From assembly GCA_030265395.1 (NCBI GenBank), contig JARFYF010000001.1, forward strand, positions 86,018,127-86,082,126: a DNA stretch of 64,000 nt. Direction: 5' to 3'. The stretch is from Rhina ancylostomus. Lineage: Eukaryota. How positions within the stretch are numbered: the first letter of the stretch is position 1; each line of letters begins with the position of its first letter. The translations under genes and the position numbers were made by a program. Under the pieces are notes generated by a model. That model worked only from the letters and a program-made list of their open reading frames with translations. It was not told the origin of the DNA and did not search any database. Shown here piece by piece: positions 49,401-60,510 of the stretch.

Positions 49401-50979
49401 CTGTTTCCCGTCCGAGTTCATGGAGAGAGTTTGTCTGGCTTGAGTTTAAAGTCCTCCCAACTATGTCCCTGTTCAGTGATGGATGAAGCATTCTGCAGAG
49501 ATCGTAGCCAGTGACACCCATGCACTGTACAGATGCTGTATCCCCCACAAAGCAAAGGGAGTCCCTGCATGGAGCATGTGAAAAAGAGATACCTGAGGGT
49601 ACAGTGCTCTGTGACATGAGGAGGGTCCCTTCATCATCAGGTGGGGTACAACAGGAGAAACTGGCTGAACACATGGAACAGCTGTGTGGAGAATTGCATC
49701 CAATGGGCAATAGGTCACTTCTATCATATTGTAGGTAGAGGTCATCCATTTGGGAAGCAATACAGACATCAGGAGGCAGCAACTCGTAGTGGTCTGAAGC
49801 AGACACAAAATTATCCAGCAAAGTCAACTTAGAGTGCGACTGAAACGGTTGTGTAAAGTCAGCACCTGAAGGAGTGTTCCCCTCCATCGCCTGATATTTG
49901 GGCTGAATCATGGCTTGGTCTCCCATGAGCATTGAGAATTGATGGAAATATTGTTTGGTCTTGTCTGCATACTGGCACGGGAGGTCCACGGTAATGGGCA
50001 ACCTGCCCGAAGTGGCAGATTCCTTCCTCTGTGGCCCCTCACAGTCGCCAGTACCGGCAACTGGCAACGGTACAGCTGTGACACTATTCCTTGGGTCCTT
50101 CCTCTTGGCTTGCGGGCACCGCTGCCCAGCCAGCGGGTGAGAGCAGGGCAGCCGTGTCCCCCCGATCCCCCTTCCTGGCTTGCCCTCCCCATCCGTCCGG
50201 CTGCGACGGCTGGCTGAACCGTCCTTGGCGTTGCTCAGCTTGAGGAATGCGGCAGCATTGAGGCTGGCCATGCGCTTCTTGGCTGGCAGTTCAGCCGGCG
50301 CACCCGGACAGCCGTGGCTGGCTGGCGTAGCACCGCTTTCGGCTTTCGCAAAAACTTCGCTGTCCGACGAACCGCCCAAACTACCCGTCCGCTTCTTGGC
50401 CGGGTGCACGGCCTTGCCTTCGGGCCGGCTCACAGCATACTCCATGCTGCAGCTGGTACTTCTCCGGCATCGGCGGCTAGACGACGGACAGTCCTCACGC
50501 TCCAGCAGCAGGTTGTTGACCGCCTCGGCATTCAGGCTGGCCAACCTCCGGGGGCGCGGCTCAGCAGCACGCGGCACCACAGCTGCCATCCTGTCGTTCT
50601 CCTTGCCGGTGTCCTCCGTCCTCTCCTCCTCGGGCCCTTCTACTCGGAGCCTATCCTGGCTGCCCTGGTAATCCCAGTGCTCCGCTATAGCCTGCGTAGG
50701 ACTCGCTCCATCAACCGACATCCCTTCCAGATCCTTGGCAATTTCCAGAGAAGAGATATCGCCCGACTGACAGTGAATACGCTTCCGGAGCGGATATGTC
50801 TTGCGGTGCTTGGGAAGATACTCCTGCTTGCTCTCACCATCAGCAACCTTATCCTTGTATTCCCTGCTGCCTCTGACTCCGTTGTGCCCCAGCATTATCT
50901 TCCCCATGGCTGTGCTGCTTAAGCCGGTCACGTTACGATCAGTGCAGTTCATGTCATACGACATCAAGAGGCAGGACAT
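49401..50979 (-). CDS. BAHD1: BAHD1 coding exon 1 (large N-terminal exon, 526 codons + 1 nt)
   Basis: Lies in the 533-aa ORF with RKTYPLRKR, PRRLASLNAEAVNNLLLERE and KKRMASLNAAAFLKL. Acceptor ctttacag|G gives an exon start at 50992; donor ACAG|gtaaga at 49401/49400, phase 1. The start codon is uncertain (50979, or GCCATGG at 50907). Confidence 0.93.
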
Positions 50980-53900
50980 TTCATCATTAGACCTGTAAAG
51001 TTCAGAACAGAAGATTTAAATAGTCAAATACAAACCAACACCCCATTCCCATCGCACACTCGTGTATCAGCGTGAGAAAGAATCATAGGTTTTTTAAAAT
51101 GAATCTTTCCAGACAGCAACTCCCCCCAACCTCCCCTGCCCCAAGTCTGTCCAGTGCTCTGGCTCTCCCCAAGAAATAAACCTCTATTTGTTTCTCCTCA
51201 GTGCTAGGCGCTTTGGCATCAAGTAAACTTGGGTAACGACATATTGAAACAGAAAGAGGTATTCCCTCAGTTCAGTAGGGAATGAACTGCTGGACCCTCT
51301 GTATAGAAGTGGTTTATCAAACGTACTATTTGTTTAGGCTGGGAAGACGTACCATGTAAAAATAGGGAACATGAAAATAACAGAGTGCAAGTTACTTGCA
51401 GAGACCGACAATTCAGGGCAACCACTTCACATCATGCTCATTATTCTTTGTAAAACACAACACTGACTGGCACACACAAAGCCCAGCTGAAGCGAAGCTT
51501 GGCTCAGAAATGATCTGGCTTCACTGCAGAGTGATTTTGGCTTGGGTTGAGAGAAGATGAGACGAATCACATGCGCTTTGCAGCTTTGGCTGAAGAACTA
51601 CGTTCACCCTTGTTGTCAAAATGCACCAGGCTTACTGTTAGAGAGGGCCATGGATCTTTAAGCCAAAGCTCCACAAAGCTATTTAAGAGTAGATGACTAT
51701 GAGAAAAGTGCTCATCTGATTTTAGTGACATGTGCTACCGGAAATTGGCAATGGTGAGCAATAATAAACTGGTCCTTAATGGAAACATTTCGGCATTCCT
51801 CCCAGATCTCCAACTTGAAAGTTAAATTGCATTTTCTAGTGTTACAATTCAATCCTGTGGCAGGAGAATTATTGACATGACCTGTTATTTATTGTCCATC
51901 CCAGTTCGCACAACTTAACAGCTTCGTATGATTGAATGGCTTTCTTGGCCACTTAGTGGCAGTTAAGAATCAGCAATGTTGCTGTGGGGCTAGAATCATT
52001 GTTAGGCAGGTCAGGATGCTTCCTTCCCTATAGGGCATGAATCAAATAGGCAGTCAGGTTTCTACAAAAATCTAAGAATTATGTACATAATTACTGACAG
52101 CAGCCCTTTGAATTTCTTTGAAGAACTGAAACCATGGTAGGATTACAACCCACAGTCTCTGGAGCTACAGCACCAAACCTCTTAATATCTAATGTAGGAA
52201 TACCATTGCACAAACCAAATAAGTCTATTAATGGACCCAAGACATTTCAAGTGCCATTCAACATTGGTAAAATGCAAATAACTTCAAATAAATTTAATGA
52301 TACCAGTTTGAGGGGGATACAGAAGTGGGGTGCAGACAAGGAAGAATCAAGGAGGCAGAAAGTGAGGATGAAGAGGAGCAAGAGAGGAAAGAAAAAGAAG
52401 AATGGGAAGATTTTGGTACAAGTTCAAACTTACTGGCATTAAAGACAGACTGCACACCTCCAAGCAACAAATCATTGTGGAAGCAAGCAGCAAATGCACA
52501 GAATTTATTTATGATCATGGTGAAGTGATTGCTGGCAGTCCCCACAGAATTGGTGGTGTCTGATGCAATTGGAGCTTGCCTGGGGGTCAAGTCAATGATG
52601 GGAAGACATCATTGCAGATCACCAAATTCACTGAAACCATTATGAAAAAATTCAATGGACCGTTTTTGTTCAGTGCAAATTTTTAAATATTCCTTGCAGA
52701 GAGGAAGTAAGCTGTATCAGTGGTGTGAACCAATGGTAATTTCCCTTAATTGATGGTGTGAATAACTAGGGAACCTGTTTGACTTACGGAATATTCTTCA
52801 GTTGAGGAGTTTACGTAACTATTTCCCAATCAATAACATGAAAAACAACTTGAAACTTGTTAAGGCTTGACTTAACTTAGGGTGTTTTTAAACGATTATG
52901 GGATTTGGTAAAGTAGATGGAGAGGAATTAAAATTCCCTCATGGGGGGAGCCCAGAAACAAGAGGGAAATAACAAAAGTCAGAGCTAGGTTTCTCAGGGG
53001 ATGTTAGGATATACTTCTTCACAGAGAAGGCAGTGGAAACGGAGAACTCTTTCACAGTGATCTGGGAGGCTGGGGGTTCTGCTGAAAAATATTCAGCATT
53101 GATCAATAAGATTATTCATTGAGCAAGTACATTAAGAGCTATAGAACCAAGGCAGGCAGCTGGAGTTAAAATATAAATATTCGTACAAATTCTGAATGAA
53201 TGGTGGAACAGACTCTAGCAGAACACCCCAATCTCTTTCTTCTTGTGCCTTAAGTTTTCTAGCTTATCATTCTAGGCCTACAAATCAGCAAACTAGTAAC
53301 CTAACCACTATACCACTGATCCCATGAAGAGGTGTTATTTCTCAAACAGTGGACTCTCCTCCTCCCCCTCCCCACCTCATCCACAATTGAGAGCGAACTG
53401 AAGATGCTATCTGGAAACTGCTCATTTCTGGTCCTATATTGCAGCTGTATTCAGGGTGTTGTGAGTGTTGTTTTTAAACATAAAGAATAGGAGCTTTGAT
53501 AGAACTGAAGAAGCTGAAAAGCTCCCAAAAATTCAGCAATGGACAGAGAATTAACAATGACGACAACCATATGATCAAGATTTCAATGAACCTTCCAACA
53601 ATGCCACATGCCTGTAATTTATTTTTAAAGCTACCTTACACAATTTATGTCAGCACAGAGTTTCTTGCCACACAACACAATCCTTAAATCCACTTTGCCA
53701 AGTCTCAAAATGAACACTGCACTCCTGAATCATGAAATCATATAGTACAGAAGACCATTCACTCCTTCCTGTTATCCAATTAGCCTCAATCCCTGGTCAT
53801 TACTCAGCTATTTCACTATCAAATACACATCCGATTTCCTTTTGAAAGTTTCTATTGAACCCGTTTCCATCACATTTTCAGGCAGTATATCTCAGATCAC

Positions 53901-54254
53901 AACAGCTTGCTTCATGAAAGAAAAAGTGCTCATTTTAACCACACAGGTTTCTTTGCCAATGATCATAACTCTGTAGTCTATGCTTATAGGCCTTTTATGC
54001 CAGAACAAACATTTTCTGTGAACTCTCATCCCAAAATCCCTCGTTCTTCAACGCCTTCATCGATCAGTTAAACTTGAGAGAATAATCCTTGCTTTAGTTT
54101 TGCCAGATAACGAAGTCTTTCATCCCTCTTATTAATCTGTTAAATCTCCCCGCACCTTCTCTAAAGGTCTTGGCATTCTTCCAGCAGCAAGGTACCAAAA
54201 TTAGATTGAACGCTTCAGTTGAGGTCTAACTAGTAATTTAATACAAACTTCACT

Positions 54255-54420
54255 TGAACAAAATACGAGCTGCTGGAGGAACTCAGTGGTTCAGCAGCAT
54301 CTGTAGAGAGAAATGGACAGTCAACATTTCCCTCCACAGATGCTGCCTGACCCCTGAATTCCTCCAGCAGCTCATTTTTTTGCTCCAAATTCCAGCATTA
54401 ACAATCTCTTCTGTTTCCAA
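54255..54420. repeat. Fold-back Penelope-derived short repeat
   Basis: gagctgctggaggaactcag...gcagcatctgtagag pairs with ctccacagatgctgc...ctgaattcctccagcagctc. Confidence 0.8.
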
Positions 54421-54899
54421 GTTTCACTTGAAGTTGGAAGTGGCTTATAACAAACTGCCGAGCCATATACAAATCACAGCAAGACAACAAATCTCATTTT
54501 GATGAGTGCACAGTTGTACATCATGCAAAATTTTGTGAGGAAATTTCACAGCACAAAAGTGACGAGAAGAAACATTGGTACTCTCCAAATGCCTTGACAA
54601 GGTTAGTAAAATAGTCCCTAGAGTGTTTTATTTTGAAAAACAATATTGTTTCAGGATTCAATGTTTGCCTTTGCTCTTCCAAGTAATGCTATAGGGTCTT
54701 TTTACATCTATTTGTTGAGAAGAGACAGAACCCATATAGGTCCTATAATTCATGCAAAAGTGAATAACATTTCTCTGTAACCTTCATACTCTCATATTCA
54801 GGCCTGACTTCAGAGACTCAACCTTATCAGGCTGACACTCCAATGCTGTACCACCACTGTCACAGGTGCAGTCTTTACGGGCAAGATATTTAAGCTCTG

Positions 54900-56430
54900 C
54901 TCAGCAGCCACAGCCCTATTGTTGGAATCAGTGTGGATTCTATCCTATTGAGACACAGTAGACAGGATCTTCAGCCCTCAACAACTCCAGGAGAAATTCA
55001 AAGAGCAGGACCAATCACGAGATGCAGCCTCTTTTGACATTACCAAAGTAGTTGGCTTTGTCAACCCAAAAGGACTGGAGCACCCTCACGTTCTGCTATC
55101 TGCAGATATTCATGCATTTGCTTCATGATGACACTGAATCCATGAACCTAACCAATAGTGCCACAGAGATAAATCCCAGTGCAGTCCAGTGTAAAGCAAG
55201 ACTGTGCCCTTGTTCCACCACCATCTTCAATCTTTCTCACCACAATGTTGCACCTCATCAAGATTTCCACTGGAGTTGAACAAATAACAGTTGTTCAACC
55301 TATGTTGACTCCACTCTAGAACCAGGGTTATCCCAAACTAGGTAGTTGAGCTACAGTAAGCAAATGATGCCTACATTTGGAAACTAAGTCATCTTTGACT
55401 CATTCCTTGAGCATACAACGAGGATGGCACATGTATGGGGGGGGGGCGGTTANNNNNNNNNNNNNNNNNNNNNNNNNNNNNNNNNNNNNNNNNNNNNNNN
55501 NNNNNNNNNNNNNNNNNNNNNNNNNNNNNNNNNNNNNNNNNNNNNNNNNNNNTACAAGGAGGATGGCCCTTGTATGGGGGGGGGGGGGGGGAATTGACAA
55601 ATCAAAGATCTGCAAGCAACCTGTGCCCCCACCATTATACAATGCCACCCTCTAACAATAAAAGTTCATGATGAGACCCTGGATCATATGGATCACTTCC
55701 CATATCAGCCACCTCTCAGGGCAGACAGACATTTATGGATGAAATTCACCATCATCTTCAGTGAGCCAACACAACCTCTGGCTGACAAGATAAAGGTCTC
55801 AAACCTCATATGAAACTTCTCTATCAGGCAGCAGTGATCTTGCTCTCCTAAACACTTCCTAGCCTTGGACTATCTACAGCAGGCATCCCAAGGCACTGGA
55901 GGAATTCCACCAATACTGTCTATACAAAATTTGCCAAATCCACTTGAGGCCTAGGTGAATCAATGTCATTATCTTCCCCCTGGCCAATATCTCTTGCATT
56001 AAGTTACAGTATGTTGGCTCTGTTGAGCAGGCTACGTCATTCGGATGGCCCACTGAATACCACACTCCTGACACAGACATTCTATTCAAATGTGTCATGG
56101 GAAGAGATTACAGGATGAACAGAGGAAAAGATGCAAGAATGTTCTCAAAGCCTCCTTGAAAGCACAATGCCCAACTGACTCCTGGGAATTCTTGACATGA
56201 CTACTCAAAGTGGAGGAGCATCTGGGATAGCACTGAAAACCTCCAGTCCATGAACGAAGTACATGGAACAACAGTGTAAACAATGGAAAGAATTGCCATC
56301 CCACAAAATACCCACCCACCTATTCCATCAAGCACTTACTCTACCTTCTGCAGTACAGTCAGTGGGTCCCACACTGGCCCAACAGAATCAGAATGGAAAC
56401 AAGTTATTATTGTCTCAAAAGGATCAACTA
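54900..56430 (+). mobile_element. RTE (BovB-like) LINE, decayed RT and C-terminal region
   Basis: Collinear remnants EKFKEQDQ...FDITK, LLHDD, VKQDC, VELQ*ANDA, DHFPY, YQAAVI and WTIYSRHPKALEEFHQYCL. Confidence 0.85.
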
Positions 56431-57339
56431 AGTAGTAATAATAAACTTATGAAACATCTACACATTCCTCTCTTGGCATTCTTCCTGGTGCTCTGCAGTA
56501 ATTTCTCTCAACCACAATTACTAAAAACAAAGCAGCTGGTTATTAACAACCTTGTTCCAAAACCTTGCTAAAAGTGTGGATTAGTTGCCACTTTAACTGC
56601 ATTACAAACAGAAATACACAAAAAGGGAAACAAGGTACTTTAAAATGGTCTTTGTAGATTCTAGTAAGTGCACTGTAGTCTTCAACTCCTAATGTTTGAT
56701 CAACATTCTAACCACTTTCTGGGTAGACATCTCTTTTGAATTCTAGATTGGATTTACTGGCAACCAGGAACAGTGCAGCAAGCAGAATGGAAAAAGAGGA
56801 TACAGGATCCAAGAGCACAAGTATACAGATCATTAAAAGTTACAACAGGTCAGTACAACCAAACCAAAAGTTACCATCCTTTATGGGGTCAGGGTTTAGA
56901 AGTTACACTAAACTTGCATTGAACCTTAATTAAACCACACATGAAGTACAGTGAACAATTCTGAGTGTTGTTTTATTAAAATGGTATAGAGAAAATATAA
57001 GGGTCTTATCAAAACTAAAAGGTTACACTTAATCATGAAAAACTGAACATGCTGGAATGCACCTCAAAAGGCTGAGAGGTGACCTGATAGTGGTCTTTAA
57101 NNNNNNNNNNNNNNNNNNNNNNNNNNNNNNNNNNNNNNNNNATTTGCAGTCAAGACCAGAAATGGGGACCAGAGTTCAGCACAATAAATGGGCAGCTATC
57201 CAAGACAACAGTAATAGGCAAGAGCAGAAATCTTCACCTTATGTGCCAATCTCAAGCCGGTATTCAGCATTAGAGTGGTGGAAAGGAGGACTTCTTGAAG
57301 GAAGACTTTGCAGAATGTGGCATGAATGGGCCAAGTGTA

Positions 57340-58220
57340 AGAAATATATTAAATGTAGGGGGATTCCAGAGTCACTGAAGGTGGCGAGCAGTCACTTCTG
57401 CAATTGTGAATGCATATCAGATTGGAGGGTGGTAGTGATGTTCCCCAGGGGCCAGTGCTAGGATCACTGCTTTTATTGACATATATTAATGACTTCAGTA
57501 TTGATGTGTACGGCAGAACTTCAAACTCTGCATATGACTAAACTTGCAGCTGTGGCAAATTGCAAAAAGTAATGGACTGCAAGAAGGCACAGATAGACTG
57601 GTAGAAAAGGGCAGTTGCCTGGCAGATGAAATATAGAAGAACCAAGAACAACCATGTTGATTTGAAGGGTATACAAGAGGATATGTAGATGAGTGCAAAT
57701 CTTCCAGGACAAGTGATGCTGAACACACACATAGTAAAGCATATTAGATCCCGGGTTTCATGAACAGGGAGGTAAGAATGCAAAAGTAAGGATGATTTGG
57801 GATCTGTTGAACCTTTATCAAAAAAACTTGTCTGGTCACAACTGTTATACTGCACTCAATTCTGCTTAGTGCTTTAGAAAATATGTGAAGATCCTACAAG
57901 GTGCAAGACAAATTTACCAGAAGGATTAGACAGTGAAGGTGGGGTTGTACTTAACCATCCATGTTTCAAGAACAGGATATTTGACAGGTAGTTTAAATAA
58001 TGTAAAGAGAGATATTACCCTATTCCTATTAGATGGTTAAAGGACTAAGGTTCACAGATTATAAGTGTTGGATAAAACAAAGAATTTATTTTAAAAAACA
58101 TACCTGGAACTCACCGCAAGAATTAATTCTTAAGACTATACCAATCCAGACCTTCAAAAGGAAAATTATTGGGAAAAGATGTGGACAAAACTCGACTGCT
58201 ATACAAAGGCAGCCCTCCTC
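57340..58220 (+). mobile_element. Decayed CR1 LINE RT fragment
   Basis: gatgttccccaggggccagtgctaggatcactgcttttattgacatatattaatgac translates to VPQGPVLGSLLLLTYIND. Confidence 0.8.
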
Positions 58221-59109
58221 CTGTGCAATATCAATTCTAAATGTAATGACAGTTATTAACAAAACCAGCCAGGAAATTTAAAGGGATGTCTTTTTCCAGA
58301 GAATAGTTGGAATGTAGAACTCACTGCTGAGGTATGGATGAATTTGAGGGAATAGAATAAATAAAGAATGAAATGACTAAAGGGTAGACTGACAAACTTA
58401 GAAGGTGCAAGAAGGCACAAGTATAGCATCAATACCAGCTGAGCTCATTTGGCTGAATAGCATGTTCTGCAAATACTTTACAGCATTGAATATAGAACTG
58501 CTGGGTCAAAAACAATGACACAAAAGTCAAAGAGCAAGTATGCTTAATTTCTAATTAGGATAATGCTCAATCATTACACAGTAACCACCAATTATGTCCA
58601 AAGCAATGAAGTAGCAGTTGACATGCTTCATTGACATGATGGAAAATGAATGAGTAACGCTCTTTTTGGTGCTGGTTCTAAACCAAATTCACTTACCTGC
58701 TACGTGTAGCACTGGCAGAATCATTAATTCCCCTTGGGAAAGTGAGATGACATACAAAAGATGACTAGTACAGGCGTGAAAGCACTCCCAGTGGTGTTGG
58801 ATAGGGAGATGAACCCAGTGACAATAAAGTAGCATGATTGACAATAAATAAATGCCAAGCAAGTAGTGTGTGCAGTTTGGAGGGGAATATGTCAAATGAT
58901 GAAGTTCCTCTGATGCAAAGACCATATTCTTGTATGCACAACAGAGAAACCATGTGTAGAAGACAGTAACAAAGGAGCTGCAAGAATGTGGGAATTGATA
59001 GCTTAGGGAATGGTCGAGGCAAACAGTATAAATGCATTTAAGAAGATGCTTGATAACACTTCATTATAGAAACAGATTTAGATGAGGAAAGTACAGAGCA
59101 GGTCTGGTA

Positions 59110-59405
59110 TTGGTTTATTATTGTCACTTGTACAGAGGTACAGTGAAAAACTTGTCTTGCATACCGACCGTACAGGTAAAAACATTAGCAGTACAGAGTA
59201 AAGTGTCACAGCTACAGAGAAAGTGCAGTGCAATAAGGTGCGAGGTCACAACAAGGTAGATCATGAGGTCATAGTCCATCTCATCATATCATGGAACCGT
59301 TCAATAGTTTTATCACAGTGGGGTAGAAGCTGTCCTTAAGTCTGATGGTATGTGCCTTCAGGCTCCTGTATCTTCTACCTGATAGAAGAGGAGAGAAAGA
59401 ATGTC
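59110..59405 (-). mobile_element. Rex1-type LINE 3' end, abutting or nested in a CR1 3' end (59410-59740, +)
   Basis: ORF track PLLSGRRYRSLKAHTIRLKDSFYPTVIKLLNG and tail tttattattgtcac. The CR1 tail ends ggcctgtttccatg...ctatgactctatg. Confidence 0.85.
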
Positions 59406-60074
59406 CCGGTGTAGATTGCAGGAAACTTTTTCCTGTATCAGAGATAGACAAAACAAAATGATTTAAATTTAGGATAAAGGGGAAGAGATTCAGAGGGGCT
59501 ATGAGGGGAATCTTTCTCATTCAGAGTGGTGAGTACCTGGAATGCACTGCTTGAGAGAGTGATTGAAGCAGAGCCACTGACACCCTTCAAGAAGTCTCTG
59601 GATGAGCACTTGAATCATTCAGGCATCAAAGGGTATTGACCAAGTGCTGGAAGATGGGATTAATGGTATCTACTGATTGGCAATGGATGTGGTTAACCAA
59701 ATGGCCTGTTTCCATGTCTCCATGCCTCTATGACTCTATGAACCCAGACTTCGAGCCTGGAACCACTAATCTTCCGACAGACATTTCCTCACAGTTCAGC
59801 TGCCTTCTGGCAGGGGCTTCCCTTTCCCTTTACTTACCTTTCCCTTTACTTACTTATCTATTGATGGGTTCAAAGGTAGAGTGTGAATCCTTGAATTAGA
59901 TCACTTCTTAATGAATGTTGATGCCATTGAAGCCAACTGATGGCTTGCAAATGACAGTGGTGCTACCAACAACCACAAACACTTAACTCCTCCCTTATAT
60001 TGGCTTGCAATGGCTACCTCTGCTGTCTTGAAGTTGTTACAGACTAGGACTATTAGTGAGGTTCCTTTAAGATA

Positions 60075-60076
60075 GT

Positions 60077-60112
<36 letters not shown>
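60075..60112. repeat. (GT)n microsatellite running into a gap
   Basis: Read directly from the sequence. Confidence 0.95.
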
Positions 60113-60212
60113 NNNNNNNNNNNNNNNNNNNNNNNNNNNNNNNNNNNNNNNNNNNNNNNNNNNNNNNNNNNNNNNNNNNNNNNNNNNNNNNNNNNNNNNN
60201 NNNNNNNNNNNN

Positions 60213-60510
60213 CACAGTGGGGTAGAAGCTGTCCTTAAGTCTGGTGGTACATGCCCTCAGGCTCCTGTATCTTCTACCTGATGGAAGAGAAGAGAGAATG
60301 ACTCAGGTGGGTGGGGTCTTTGATTATGCAGGCTGCTTCACCAAGACAGGGAGAGATAAAGACGGTCCAAGGAAGGGAGATGGTGTCTGTGATGTGTTGG
60401 GCTGTGCCCACAACTCTCTACAGTTTCTTGCGGTCCTGGGCAGAGCAGTTGCCGTACCAAGCCATGATGCATCCAAATAGGATGCTTTCTATGGCGCATC
60501 GATAAAAGTT
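60213..60510 (-). mobile_element. Rex1-type LINE fragment, 5'-truncated with a fold-back end
   Basis: Nearly identical to 59313-59400 over the shared part. The antisense reads FYRCAIESILFGCIMAWYGNCSAQDRKKL. Confidence 0.85.

Larger units (their letters stand above)
19677..50992 (-). other. BAHD1: BAHD1 gene span (coding exons 1-6 with introns); 5' exon and promoter not found in the window
   Basis: Six exons join in frame (1579+392+160+80+92+187 = 2490 nt, 829 aa). The protein has RKTYPLRKR and RRLASLNAEAVNNLLLERE near the N-terminus and a C-terminal BAH domain ending [17 protein letters not shown]. Intron lengths are 6915, 12416, 7276, 1206 and 1000 nt. Confidence 0.96.

Noticed and set aside
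50180-50922. Long plus-strand ORFs (163 aa and 202 aa)
   Set aside because: Antisense shadows of the GC-rich BAHD1 exon, with no independent homology or splice structure.
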